Below are positions 37,601-48,249 of a stretch of DNA of 64,000 nt, piece after piece. Within the stretch, counting starts at the first letter, position 1. Each line of letters begins with the position of its first letter. The stretch is from Promethearchaeia archaeon. Its GTDB lineage: Archaea; Asgardarchaeota; Lokiarchaeia; Sigyniarchaeales; SOKP01. A program made the translations under genes and the position numbers. The stretch covers positions 1-64,000 of the forward strand of contig JAHQWK010000026.1 in assembly GCA_029856145.1 (NCBI GenBank), in the 5' to 3' direction. Under the pieces are notes generated by a model. That model searched no databases and was not told where the DNA came from. It worked only from the letters and a program-made list of their open reading frames with translations.

Positions 37601-40600
37601 TTGATTCGACGAAAAAAAGAGATAAAACGAATATTTATTACCGCACTTTTCATTGTTACAATTTGTTTGTCTAATGTGCAGATATTAAATAATTTTATTG
37701 TATTTCAAGATGATAAAATAAATAATAATCTTGATGACGAACTCATAGATGAGAATCTTCAAAGTTCTAACCGTAATATTGATGAAGTATTTGCAAATTC
37801 TGGTGTAAATCAAGATGTTAGAATTTATACAAGTAATACATCAGTAAATTTACAAAATAATGAAAAATTCTTTGAAATTCCTTCACTTGCTTCTCGAGAT
37901 ATGTCTCTTGTTTATGGAAATTTTAATTTTACATTTCAAAATAACTTTACCACAGATTATGTTATAGAGGATTATGATGCTCTCTACGCAAATGATTTTA
38001 TCGCTTTTGATTATGATACAGATTATTCAGGTATTACTTACAATAATGGTACGCGACTTGATGGAGGTTGGGATTATTTATGGGACGATTTAAATTCTAC
38101 ATCTATTTATTTTGATGCTGAAAATGGTTTACTAAATTTTACCATTTCGGCTAATTTCACAGGCACTTCATATACTTCTGGAGTCATTAATGGTAGAGTT
38201 CAGTTTAACCGGTTAAAAATTCTTGGTTTCATCACTTCATTAGTTTTTAGACTTTATGCAGATGCAGATCTCACAGTGAGGATATATGATAATTCACATT
38301 CTACTTGGATAGATGTGATATCTGGGCTCCCTATTAACAGTAGTTTTGGTAGACAAAGAATAAATGAGCATATCATTAATGAAAATTTAAATTTCATCGA
38401 TTTAACAGACACTTGTCATTTACAGTTTATTTTTGAAAGATCTGATCAAACCCAATTTGAGGCAAGGATACATGGATTTGAGATGCAATCTACTTATGCT
38501 TTTGATATTCCTATCACTAGTCAAGAGTATGTGGCATTAGAATTTGATTTAAGAGGAGAAGAATCAACAGTTAACGGGTTTTATGCCTGGATAAGAACCC
38601 TCGATCTAGTAGAAGCTGCTACCACGGAATTAAATATATCTCTATATCGAGCGGATAGAACGGTTATAAGAACCCCCAGTAATTTAAGAAATATTGATTT
38701 AGAGCCAAATTATAATGAGATGATAGATTCTGTGTTAGTAAATGGATATAATGGGGATAGTTTAACGCATTTTAAATTTGACATAAGTAATACAGGAAAA
38801 TTGAACCTTTATAATTATTTTATCGTTATCAAATCTAATAATCTTAATGAAGTTTATAGTTTGGTAACATTGCCTCATTACTATTTTGGAGATGAAACAA
38901 CCGACCATCAATTAAAAACAACTCTAGATGATGGAAACAATTGGAGTAATGCTGAACAGGTAATTCCCACTACCACATCAACATATTTATCAGGACAGTT
39001 AGACGCCAGCTCATTTAAGTTAAATGTAACAAGAGGATATATGCCATCAGATTTCATTGTGAATGATAACCATACTTTAAGAATTCAAGATATACCATTA
39101 GAAAATTTCGAGGATGATGCATTCCCTTATAATGAAAGTTCATACTTAACATGGGGTTTAGGTCAATGGAAACATGATTTTCCAACAGCTATCGAGGATG
39201 ACCCTTCAAATCATTTTCGAGTGGATCTTACTTGGAATAAATCTATTACTAAAGGATTTAAATTCAATGTATCATCATGCTCTGTGAATGCTTACTGGAT
39301 TGAACCTGCGGTAAGCACATACACCGCATACTATAATATTGATCCTGAATGGTTATTTACTTACGATTTGGATAAAAATGATCCATCTTTCACATATTGG
39401 GAATTTCTTGAGTTTTGGTATGTCTTTCATGATTATTTTACTGCTTATAATGTAACAAATCCTATTAATGAAAAGATCCTTCCGCAAGGAGAAGAACAAA
39501 GTATAATAACTGAAGACCCAAGTAAAAATAAAATAATTGTTCAAAATGATATTATAACGCAGAGCGGATTTTATACTCTTAATTTAACTTCACATAATTT
39601 TATCTATGATATGCATAGTTATATTAATTATAAAGGAATATTATGGGAATCAAACGGTTTTATGAATGGAGATAATATATCTCTTCGTGCTGATATACAA
39701 GATCATAAAAATAATGCACCTAAGAGCGATGATTTAAATGTAATTCTTTTTTACCCAAACGGAACAGAATTTATTGAACTGAATTCTTCAAATGGTCTTA
39801 TTGATGATTCTATATTATTTTACGATTTTAATAACCAAACAATTCTAGATGTTACAAAAGATCTCACAATTTTTGGAGAATATCATTTAGGTTTCTTTTG
39901 CTTTAATGGTTCTGCTATAGGATGTAAAAAATTAACGCTTTACATTGATGTATATGATATTGAATTATACAATCTTGAATATTATTCATTTTTAAACGCG
40001 AATATACTTGATGGAGAAATAAAAAATAAGGTTTTCCAGAATTATACTATGTTAGTAGCTTCTATAAACGATACAACAGGAGTTTCTATGCCAAACTTCT
40101 ATCCAATCAATAAGACTGATTTAAATGAAGTATTTTCTTATGAGGTTGGTGGACAAGATTTAGAAATTATGATCACATCTTTTTTACAGAGTGAAAATAT
40201 TATAAATCCCGGTGAAACGATAAATATAAACATAACACTCCAAAATCTACATGAATTTATTTCCTTTGAAGTGATGGTTGAAGTAAAATTAGTTTCCTTC
40301 ATAAATGAAGAATGGATTATCGCAGAAGATACATCTAATTCCGTTCTATTAGAGTTTTCAGGACATCCAAATGATAATAAAGAATTTAGCTTGGATCTTA
40401 CAATTCCCAATTTAGACGGGGGTACTCATATCTGGAAAGGTGTTAATGCTCCAATCAGATTAGGTGGTGCAAAAACAATAGTAGAGATTTATATAGATGA
40501 TCCAACCCTTGTTGGTGTATTTGAAAGTCTGGATTACTCATTGGTGAGTAATGAAACTTCTGATAATTTTGAAGGTTACATTCTTGGAATGAGGGTAGCA

Positions 40601-41704
40601 GAAGAAGCAACAAGTAGGTCTATCTTATATGATTTTGAAAGAGATGAATGTATTTATTTTCCTGATGCTTCAAAATTCCTAGTTAATATAATCGATCAAA
40701 ATTATGTAAGTAGCTATGAACAATTTGCAGATGAATTTTTCTTAAATCTCAATAGTAAATTTATGAATATTACTATAGATCCTATCAATCCTATTAAAGG
40801 ACAAACATTCAATTTAAGCTCCATCTTAACCACTGAGTTTGGAGATACCTTATCCGGAAAAAATATATCATGTCAATATTTTAATGATAATGATATCTGG
40901 ATTGACAAAGGTTCAGATATTACTGATTCAAGTGGTTATACTAATTTTTTTATAGACACTCAGACAATTGATTTTGGAGATGAATTATTGCTTAGATTAA
41001 ATTGGGTTGGTGATACCATAAATGGGATTACAAAAAATATCTCAGTAAATATTATCAGTGAACAAAATAATCTTTCCATATCAATAAACCAAAACGATGT
41101 TGCTATTTATCAAGGAAAAACCACATCTTTTAATATTAGACTTGATAATATTGGAGATTCAAATTTAAGAATCACCAATATCACTATCGAGCTAAACAAA
41201 GATCAACAATATTCGATCGTCGAAATAGACTATATTACATTAAGTTGGTTTCGAGCAGGAGAAAGTTCTTTATTGATTGTAGAAGTCTCAGTTAAAGATG
41301 TTAATAGGGTTATAATTTCAATATCAATAACCGCACAAAATATTCTTACAAACGAAAGTATCATCGTTTCTAAAGAGAAGACATATAACACTTTTCAAAT
41401 ACCTATTTTTGATTATCTAATTCAATATTTTATGGGAATGATTGTAGGTCTTATTGCCTTAATTTGGATCATTACTTTATTATATGCGAGGCATACTAAA
41501 AAACAAATTGAAACTCCAATTGAGGAGAAGCCTGCAAAGAAACCACGAAGAGGATACGTCCCTGTAGCTGAATTAAAAAAGCCTAAGCCAGTCAAAAAAA
41601 TAGTAAAAAAGAAAGAAGAACCTAAGGAAGAAGAAAAAACGGATTTAGATTCTCTTCTGGAAGAAAGAGGACTAGCTGATAAAAAGAAGAAATCTGAAAA
41701 ATAA
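37601..41704 (+). CDS. large single-pass cell-surface glycoprotein with beta-sandwich domains
   Basis: N-terminal hydrophobic segment, Asn/Asp/Thr-rich beta-strand ectodomain with many N-x-S/T sequons, C-terminal TM and Lys/Glu-rich tail. Confidence 0.72.
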   Translation: MIRRKKEIKRIFITALFIVTICLSNVQILNNFIVFQDDKINNNLDDELIDENLQSSNRNIDEVFANSGVNQDVRIYTSNTSVNLQNNEKFFEIPSLASRDMSLVYGNFNFTFQNNFTTDYVIEDYDALYANDFIAFDYDTDYSGITYNNGTRLDGGWDYLWDDLNSTSIYFDAENGLLNFTISANFTGTSYTSGVINGRVQFNRLKILGFITSLVFRLYADADLTVRIYDNSHSTWIDVISGLPINSSFGRQRINEHIINENLNFIDLTDTCHLQFIFERSDQTQFEARIHGFEMQSTYAFDIPITSQEYVALEFDLRGEESTVNGFYAWIRTLDLVEAATTELNISLYRADRTVIRTPSNLRNIDLEPNYNEMIDSVLVNGYNGDSLTHFKFDISNTGKLNLYNYFIVIKSNNLNEVYSLVTLPHYYFGDETTDHQLKTTLDDGNNWSNAEQVIPTTTSTYLSGQLDASSFKLNVTRGYMPSDFIVNDNHTLRIQDIPLENFEDDAFPYNESSYLTWGLGQWKHDFPTAIEDDPSNHFRVDLTWNKSITKGFKFNVSSCSVNAYWIEPAVSTYTAYYNIDPEWLFTYDLDKNDPSFTYWEFLEFWYVFHDYFTAYNVTNPINEKILPQGEEQSIITEDPSKNKIIVQNDIITQSGFYTLNLTSHNFIYDMHSYINYKGILWESNGFMNGDNISLRADIQDHKNNAPKSDDLNVILFYPNGTEFIELNSSNGLIDDSILFYDFNNQTILDVTKDLTIFGEYHLGFFCFNGSAIGCKKLTLYIDVYDIELYNLEYYSFLNANILDGEIKNKVFQNYTMLVASINDTTGVSMPNFYPINKTDLNEVFSYEVGGQDLEIMITSFLQSENIINPGETININITLQNLHEFISFEVMVEVKLVSFINEEWIIAEDTSNSVLLEFSGHPNDNKEFSLDLTIPNLDGGTHIWKGVNAPIRLGGAKTIVEIYIDDPTLVGVFESLDYSLVSNETSDNFEGYILGMRVAEEATSRSILYDFERDECIYFPDASKFLVNIIDQNYVSSYEQFADEFFLNLNSKFMNITIDPINPIKGQTFNLSSILTTEFGDTLSGKNISCQYFNDNDIWIDKGSDITDSSGYTNFFIDTQTIDFGDELLLRLNWVGDTINGITKNISVNIISEQNNLSISINQNDVAIYQGKTTSFNIRLDNIGDSNLRITNITIELNKDQQYSIVEIDYITLSWFRAGESSLLIVEVSVKDVNRVIISISITAQNILTNESIIVSKEKTYNTFQIPIFDYLIQYFMGMIVGLIALIWIITLLYARHTKKQIETPIEEKPAKKPRRGYVPVAELKKPKPVKKIVKKKEEPKEEEKTDLDSLLEERGLADKKKKSEK

Positions 41705-41755
41705 AAATTTCCACTTTTCTTTTATTCAAATCTTTTAAAAAAAAGAGAATATAAT

Positions 41756-42109
41756 TTAAAGATTACTTATTGAAATCAAGTTTCTTTTTAAGAGTCCAAG
41801 GGAACTCCTTCCATCAACTCCAGCTAAAGCGATTAACACATTTTTCTCTGAACCCACTAAAACAGCATACCCATTGTCAAGTTCTATTGTTGTGGTTTTT
41901 AAAGAACCTTTTCCAATATCATTACCTAAAGTGTTAGAATCTTTAACAATTTTAGCACAAGCTTTTGCAATTTTCGAATGATCCATATCAGTAATTGTTT
42001 GACCTATGATAACTTTCCCGTTCGCGTCAGCAGCTATTAATCCCTCTGTTTCGGGTACGATATCCATCAGTTCCGCCAATTTCTTTTCAAGAGTCTTTTT
42101 ATCAACCAT
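41756..42109 (-). CDS. Roadblock/LC7 (MglB-like) protein
   Basis: VPETEGLIAADANGKVI...SSLGLL pattern, 117 aa. Confidence 0.85.
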   Translation of the reverse strand: MVDKKTLEKKLAELMDIVPETEGLIAADANGKVIIGQTITDMDHSKIAKACAKIVKDSNTLGNDIGKGSLKTTTIELDNGYAVLVGSEKNVLIALAGVDGRSSLGLLKRNLISISNL

Positions 42110-42256
42110 GGTATTTTTCCCTTATATAATCATTTCAATAGATTAGAATTCTGACATTGGTTAAGAAATTATCTTAAATAAATATATAGTTAAATATATC
42201 GTTTAAGGAATTTAAATTTATCAAATATAAAAAAGGAAAAGTGAAAAAATAACTTT

Positions 42257-42553
42257 TTATTTTAGAATGATTAAAATCAAATTCTCTTCTAATGCTATCA
42301 TTGTTTCTCTTGATTCTCCGCCTACTGATGTTTCTAATCTTATAAAACTAAGATCTCCTTCATTTAACGCATCTACAACTTGACGTCCTTTCCCGATGAG
42401 TGAAGTAACATAGGCTGCAATTTCTTCTGAAATATTTATTTCCATATTTGAGTCTATTGGTAAGCCTGATGAATCACAGATAATAACGCCACGAATTCCC
42501 TCACGCTCCTCAAAGCGCCTTATGATAGCTTTGACCTCTGCTCGATTTATAAT
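42257..42553 (-). CDS. dynein light chain roadblock (DYNLRB)-like protein, apparent ATT start
   Basis: Extended frame (I/M)INRAEVKAIIRRFEEREGIRGVIICDSSGLPIDSNM...DLSFIRLE...ETMIA aligns by eye with DYNLRB; AGGTG RBS 8 nt upstream of ATT; no in-frame ATG/GTG/TTG in the extension. Confidence 0.8.
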   Translation of the reverse strand: MINRAEVKAIIRRFEEREGIRGVIICDSSGLPIDSNMEINISEEIAAYVTSLIGKGRQVVDALNEGDLSFIRLETSVGGESRETMIALEENLILIILK

Positions 42554-42680
42554 CTTAACTACACCTTTAAAAAAAAATATTCTAAATTTTTAGATATTAT
42601 AATAATAAGATTATAGGTTTTTAATAATTTATATGACTTTTCAATAAATTAATTTTTTTACATGAGTTATCTAAGTATCA

Positions 42681-43316
42681 TTAATTCAAAAAATAATTTC
42701 TAAACATATTTAATTCTCTCTCTTCTCTAACAGATGTAATACCCATATGTCCTGGAAATATAAGAAAATTGTCTGAAATTTCTGGATTATACATAATCTT
42801 ATTTTTTATACTTGAAAATAAAACCCGCGGATCTCCTCCTCCAAGATCAGACCTCCCAATACTTCGACGAAAAATTAAATCACCGGTAAAAATTACTCCA
42901 TCTATATTTTTGCCATCGTATTCTTTTGGGTCTTTTGAATAATATGATAATGAACCTGGAGAATGTCCGGGAGTTTCTAATACAATAAGTGTCAATTCTC
43001 CAATCTTAATAGTGTCCCCTTCAGAAAGCCATCGATTAGCTTCTTTATGTCTATAAATACCAGAATCAAATTCCTTTTTATTGAACATTAATGGAATATT
43101 AAAATATCTCAGAATTTTCCCAAGTTTTAATGTATGATCATAGTGTCCATGCGTTAATAACAGACTAATAGGATTTACATTTAATTCTTCGATAACTTTA
43201 ATAATAGTATTAGGTTCACCACCGACATCAATAATGACTACTTCTTTAGTTTCGCTTGAACCAAAAATGTAGGAGTTAGTGCCAAGAGGCCCCAAAATTA
43301 GTCTTTTTAATATCAA
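42681..43316 (-). CDS. metallo-beta-lactamase-fold hydrolase (glyoxalase II/YcbL-like)
   Basis: THGHYDH, TPGHSPG, FTGD, PGH. Confidence 0.92.
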   Translation of the reverse strand: MILKRLILGPLGTNSYIFGSSETKEVVIIDVGGEPNTIIKVIEELNVNPISLLLTHGHYDHTLKLGKILRYFNIPLMFNKKEFDSGIYRHKEANRWLSEGDTIKIGELTLIVLETPGHSPGSLSYYSKDPKEYDGKNIDGVIFTGDLIFRRSIGRSDLGGGDPRVLFSSIKNKIMYNPEISDNFLIFPGHMGITSVREERELNMFRNYFLN

Positions 43317-43363
43317 AAAATATACACTTCTTTAGGTATTAAAGGTAAAAAAAAATTGAGATG

Positions 43364-43648
43364 TTATTTTTTCAGCATTTGGTTGAGATCATTTAATTTA
43401 TTATAGAGTTCCAAACCCTTCTCTGTAAGTTTAATATACTTTACTTTGCTTGTATTTTCAATCTCTATTAAGCCTTTCTTGATTAATTCCTCTTTCACTC
43501 GAAAAAACGAATTATAGTATGAAAATTTATTTAATTCGTTGTAAAATGTATGCTTATCTGCCCGATAGTCTTTTTGGTTAATAAGAACCTGGTACGTGTC
43601 CTTAAAACCTTTCTTTTTCATTAATCCTATTAAATCTTTAAATATCAT
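43364..43648 (-). CDS. small winged-helix DNA-binding protein
   Basis: LIKKGLIEIE...KYIKLTEKG wing motif. Confidence 0.75.
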   Translation of the reverse strand: MIFKDLIGLMKKKGFKDTYQVLINQKDYRADKHTFYNELNKFSYYNSFFRVKEELIKKGLIEIENTSKVKYIKLTEKGLELYNKLNDLNQMLKK

Positions 43649-43867
43649 AATAAGTCCTATACCTAATTAAAATGTCTAGAATATCTTACTAATTTGTAAT
43701 GGGAAATTAAAAAACATTAAAAAATCTTTTGATTAGAAATTATTCATTCGAAAAGATTAAATTTGAAGTTTTATAACAAAAATTTTTGTTAATTTAACTA
43801 TTATATTGAAAATTGTTCACTTGCAGATTTGATGCGCTCCCTTTGTCTATGGATATTTTAAGAGATA

Positions 43868-43889
43868 GTGGGAAAAATGTGGGAAAAAT
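43868..43889. repeat. tandem 11-bp direct repeat in a divergent promoter region
   Basis: GTGGGAAAAAT twice, immediately upstream of TTAAATA. Confidence 0.55.
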
Positions 43890-43985
43890 TTAAATAAGAT
43901 CAATATAATATAATAAATAATTGATTAAAAAATTAAAAAAAAATTAAAAAAAATTTAGGAGGAAAAAGAAAAAAAGTAAACAAAA

Positions 43986-44144
43986 ATGTTAAAAAAGATC
44001 AGTTCAGATATTATTAAAAGTGTTGAAAGAAGCAATAAGCAAGTGAATAAGATTCCTTCCTTAGATCATTCTAAAATAACGGAGAGAATTTTAGAAAGCT
44101 TTATCGAGGGTATAAACAAAAATAAGAAAATTGATAACCCATAG
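43986..44144 (+). CDS. putative small protein (52 aa), not in the ORF track
   Basis: MLKKISSDIIKSVERSNKQVNKIPSLDHSKITERILESFIEGINKNKKIDNP*; AGGAGG upstream but distant; T-rich tract downstream. Confidence 0.45.
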   Translation: MLKKISSDIIKSVERSNKQVNKIPSLDHSKITERILESFIEGINKNKKIDNP

Positions 44145-44229
44145 TAAATATAGTTTTTTCTTAAATCTTAATTTTTTGTATTTCTAAACAATAATTTCTT
44201 AATTCTTTATTTATTTTAGTATTATATCT

Positions 44230-45123
44230 ATGAATACAGAATCAGCAGACATAGTTATTTTAGGACATTTAGCTAAAGATATTATTGAAATTGATGGAAC
44301 AAGCTATACAAGTCTAGGAGGAGCAGTTTATTATGGGGGAATGGCTGGATCTCATATGGGCCTAAAGATTACAGTTATTACAAGATTAAAAGAAGATGAT
44401 TTTTCACTTTTAGAAGTTTTTAAAAAAAATGGAATAAAATATTTCGCATATCCTTCTGAGGAAACTTCGGGTCTACGAAATATTTATTCGTCAAAAAATA
44501 TGGAATTTAGGGATTATAAACCGCTTGGGTTTGCCGGTTTGTTTAAAAGGGAAGAGATTCCTGAGTTTAATCCTCCTCCAAAATTTTTTATTATTAGTCC
44601 TATTGTTGCGGGAGAAATTAATTTAGAATTATTGGAACATATAAAAAAGAAATACAATAACGTATGTCTTGATATACAAGGTTTTATTCGATTAATAGAC
44701 CATGGAAAAGTGTTTTATTCTACCCTTTCTCTAAAAGAAAAGAAACAAATAATTTCTAATATAGAAGTATTAAAGCTTGACCAAACTGAAGCAGAAATTT
44801 TAACATGTCATCAAAATATCAATCAAGCAGCCAAAAAATTAGCCAAATTTGGACCAAATGAAATTTTAATCACCCATGAAAAGGGGATTTCTTTATATAC
44901 TTCTAATTCAAAATTTACTTTCCCTTGGAAAAATAAGAATTCAGTAGGAAGGACTGGAAGAGGGGATACTGTTTTTATTAGTTATTTGGGGTCGAGGTTA
45001 GATAAGAAGCCTGAAGAATCCTTAAAATTTGCCGCAGCTCTTACATCTCTTAAATTAGAATCTCCAGGGCCATTTAATCTACCATTATATCAAGTTGAAA
45101 GTTTAATTAAAAAAGAGTATTAG
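44230..45123 (+). CDS. PfkB/ribokinase family carbohydrate kinase
   Basis: GHLAKD, LGGAVYY, DIQG, GRTGRGDT anion hole. Confidence 0.88.
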   Translation: MNTESADIVILGHLAKDIIEIDGTSYTSLGGAVYYGGMAGSHMGLKITVITRLKEDDFSLLEVFKKNGIKYFAYPSEETSGLRNIYSSKNMEFRDYKPLGFAGLFKREEIPEFNPPPKFFIISPIVAGEINLELLEHIKKKYNNVCLDIQGFIRLIDHGKVFYSTLSLKEKKQIISNIEVLKLDQTEAEILTCHQNINQAAKKLAKFGPNEILITHEKGISLYTSNSKFTFPWKNKNSVGRTGRGDTVFISYLGSRLDKKPEESLKFAAALTSLKLESPGPFNLPLYQVESLIKKEY

Positions 45124-45130
45124 TTCAAAC

Positions 45131-45874
45131 ATGAGACTTGGAGGAATAGTCGATATTTCAACAAAGGATATTCCGGGAAGATCCAGTATGGTCCTTTTCA
45201 CTGTAGGGTGTAATTTTAAATGTGAGTTTTGTTATAATAAATATCTTTTACAGCCTAATATTGGGAGAGAATATGAAATTAAAGAAATAATTGATAAAAT
45301 AGCCACTAATTCATTAGTAAGCGGAGTAAGCATTACTGGGGGTGAACCAACTCTACAAAAAGATTTACTTGATCTATGTAAACAAATTCAAAAAATTGAT
45401 AAATATATAAGTATAGATACTAATGGTTCAAATCCAGATGTCATAATAAAAATTGTTCCATTCATTAATAGAGTCGCTATGGATTTAAAAGGTCCACTAA
45501 TTCCAGGAAAACTTGAAAAAATCGCAGGTGTTAAAGTAGAATTAGATAAAATTTTAGAAACTATAAAATTTTTGAATGACCAAAAGCAGATTGATTTTGA
45601 AATACGTACTACTTACATAGGAAAATTATTAGATGCTGCTGATATTGACGAAATTATAACCTTTCTTAACAATGTAGGATTCAGTGGTAATTTCGTATTG
45701 ACACAATATCAATTTCTTGAAGGTGTAGGTGATGAATACAAGAAGATTTTTTCAAAACCAGAGCATGATATTTTAGTAAAATTAATAGAACTATATAAGC
45801 ATAAAGATTTGTTTTTTAAAATATTTTTACGGGATGATGTTGTAGGATATTGTAGCATCAATGAATTAAAATAG
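45131..45874 (+). CDS. radical SAM glycyl-radical activating enzyme (NrdG2-like)
   Basis: FTVGCNFKCEFCYN, ITGGEPT, DTNGS, AMDLK, EIRTT. Confidence 0.88.
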   Translation: MRLGGIVDISTKDIPGRSSMVLFTVGCNFKCEFCYNKYLLQPNIGREYEIKEIIDKIATNSLVSGVSITGGEPTLQKDLLDLCKQIQKIDKYISIDTNGSNPDVIIKIVPFINRVAMDLKGPLIPGKLEKIAGVKVELDKILETIKFLNDQKQIDFEIRTTYIGKLLDAADIDEIITFLNNVGFSGNFVLTQYQFLEGVGDEYKKIFSKPEHDILVKLIELYKHKDLFFKIFLRDDVVGYCSINELK

Positions 45875-45882
45875 AGTAATAA

Positions 45883-47211
45883 TTACTTTTTTAGGGTTTT
45901 TGTTTCAATTTTCGATTTCATCGCATAGAACACTATAATTCCACAGACAATTATTATTGATTGAATTATTATAGTAAGCAATTTAAAAGTAAATAATAAT
46001 CCAATACATGTAATTGCCCCTAATAAAGCAATTATTGGCACCCACTTGATATTTGGTTTAAGTTTAAAGGGTCTTTTCACATCTGGTTTAGATTTTCTCA
46101 ATGCGATTAAACTAATATTAACCAAGATAAAAGTTATGAGAACACCAAAAACAGTAGCATCTGCTACAATTGAAATATCAACAAGGAAAACTGGAATTAT
46201 TGTAAAAACCATGGTAAATAATATGGCTAGTATAGGTGTTCTGTGTTTAGGTGAAATCTTTTTCAACCCTTTTGGAAGAGCTTTATCTCTTGCCATACCA
46301 TACATCATACGAGAAGTAACGATTAACATGATAAGGACTGTATTAGCTGTAGCAAATAGAGCAATTAGCGACAAAAGTATGCCTCCAAATGGTCCCAGAA
46401 TTGTCTCAGCAACATCCTTTAAAGGAGCGTCGGAAGCAGCAATTGTGGAATAATCCAAGATACTCACTATTGAAATTGCAGTAAAGCAATATAGAATTGT
46501 GGTAATAATAATTGAATATATAATAGCTTTAGGAAGATTTTTATGAGGTTCTTTTACTTCTTCAGCTATGTTAGCAATATCTTCAAACCCTATATAAGCG
46601 AAAAAGATTAACGCAACTGCGGAAAAGATTACTGTAAAAGATGAACCCGTGGGAAGGGTGAAATAATTTGGTTCTTCTGTCCCAAAAAAACCAATTATTA
46701 TAATAATAATTAAGCCTGATGCTTCAATTAAAGTAAATAAGATATTAGTTCTGGTTGATGTTTTAATCCCTACAAAATTAATTATGCTTAATATAATAAT
46801 AAGTAAAATTGCGAAAATAATAGTTAAAAAGACTGAGGAAATTCCAAATAAAGTTGATAGATAATTAGCGAAACCTAGAGCAACCGTAGCTGCAGAAAAA
46901 ATACCTGAAAAAATAATAATCCATCCTAAAATAAATGATAGATCCCTTTTCTTAAATGCCTCTTCTGTATAGACAAATTCAGCAGCACTTTTAGGATACA
47001 TTGCGGAAAGTTCAGCATATGACAAACCAGTAAAAGCGCCAGTTATAGATGCCAATATAAATGCTAGCCATGATAGATTCCCGGTAGTTCCTACAACGTC
47101 ACCTATTAAAGCATATATTCCTGCTCCTAAAACATTTCCCACTCCATATGCAGTAAGTGCAAATAGGGAAACTCTGCGTTTTAATTTAGGTTTCTTTTTT
47201 ACTTCTTCCAT
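45883..47211 (-). CDS. APC family amino acid permease
   Basis: GNVLGAGIY, YAELSAMYP, FFAYIGFE, SRMMYGMARD. Confidence 0.93.
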   Translation of the reverse strand: MEEVKKKPKLKRRVSLFALTAYGVGNVLGAGIYALIGDVVGTTGNLSWLAFILASITGAFTGLSYAELSAMYPKSAAEFVYTEEAFKKRDLSFILGWIIIFSGIFSAATVALGFANYLSTLFGISSVFLTIIFAILLIIILSIINFVGIKTSTRTNILFTLIEASGLIIIIIIGFFGTEEPNYFTLPTGSSFTVIFSAVALIFFAYIGFEDIANIAEEVKEPHKNLPKAIIYSIIITTILYCFTAISIVSILDYSTIAASDAPLKDVAETILGPFGGILLSLIALFATANTVLIMLIVTSRMMYGMARDKALPKGLKKISPKHRTPILAILFTMVFTIIPVFLVDISIVADATVFGVLITFILVNISLIALRKSKPDVKRPFKLKPNIKWVPIIALLGAITCIGLLFTFKLLTIIIQSIIIVCGIIVFYAMKSKIETKTLKK

Positions 47212-47318
47212 GGTTAGTCCCTTTTTGAATATAAATAATTATTATTTCAATTTTATAAAAAATGTAGTTTTTTTTAGTAGTGATTTTTTGCATGTTTTAT
47301 AGAAAAATTAGAATTTAT

Positions 47319-47834
47319 TTACTTCAATTTCTCAGGTCTTACTATGCATGGTTGCTGTACATGTCTATGTTTTTTTGTTTGTTGTAATCTTATTTCTCTC
47401 TTTCCCTTCGCATCTTCATAGCGACGCTTTTCTTCTTCTGTCTCTGGAATTATTTGAGGAATCTCCGTTGGTTTATCATTCTCATCAAGAGCAACAAAAG
47501 TAAGATACGCCGATCCTACATGGGTATGTGTTCCTGTTCTCAAACATTCTGCTTCTATTCTAACTCCAATCTCCATGGATGTCTTTCCAGTGTAATTAAT
47601 TGATGCTTTCGCGAATACTAAATTTCCAATATATACAGGCGAGATAAAATCCATCCTATCGAGTGAGGCTGTTACGCAATTAAGATGCGTGTGTCTTGCT
47701 GCTACAATGGCACTAGCCTGATCAACAAGCTTTAAGATATAACCACCGTGGACATTACCTGCGACATTAGAATGCTCAGGCATCATAACTTGTGCTAATT
47801 CTACTTTAGAACCTGATACTTTTTTATCTTTCAT
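47319..47834 (-). CDS. acyl-CoA thioesterase (YciA-type hotdog fold)
   Basis: NVAGNVHGGYILKLVD, TGKTSMEIGV, TFVALD. Confidence 0.93.
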   Translation of the reverse strand: MKDKKVSGSKVELAQVMMPEHSNVAGNVHGGYILKLVDQASAIVAARHTHLNCVTASLDRMDFISPVYIGNLVFAKASINYTGKTSMEIGVRIEAECLRTGTHTHVGSAYLTFVALDENDKPTEIPQIIPETEEEKRRYEDAKGKREIRLQQTKKHRHVQQPCIVRPEKLK

Positions 47835-47882
47835 AATTTAATCAATTTAACTGAAAATTTTTAAAATTAGAAAAATCCATTA

Positions 47883-48143
47883 TTACCCAAAAGGTATAAT
47901 GGTACTTAAATAAATTATTAAAATGATAGAGGCGATAATGAGTATTGGTATAATTATTAAACTATATTTTCGTACTTTTCTTGGAAATTTCTGTTGACAA
48001 TTTGCACAATTTGCAGCAGGAGCGTTTGTTCTCTTAGAAAATCCATGTGTTATGTGATCTTGGCATAAAGGCTTTCCACATATAGCGCAATTGGAAACCG
48101 CTTCTTTTCCACATTCAGTACAAGTTTCCATTTTAATACTCAT
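47883..48143 (-). CDS. small B-box-like zinc-finger membrane protein
   Basis: CTEC..CAICGKPLCQDH..CANC plus C-terminal TM. Confidence 0.7.
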   Translation of the reverse strand: MSIKMETCTECGKEAVSNCAICGKPLCQDHITHGFSKRTNAPAANCANCQQKFPRKVRKYSLIIIPILIIASIILIIYLSTIIPFG

Positions 48144-48249
48144 TTTATATCAAATATATGTTTAATTATTCATTTAGGATTATAAAAACTTGGTTAATAA
48201 TCAATAAGGATTTGGTTTTTATAATACTCCAACTGTGTTTATATTATAA

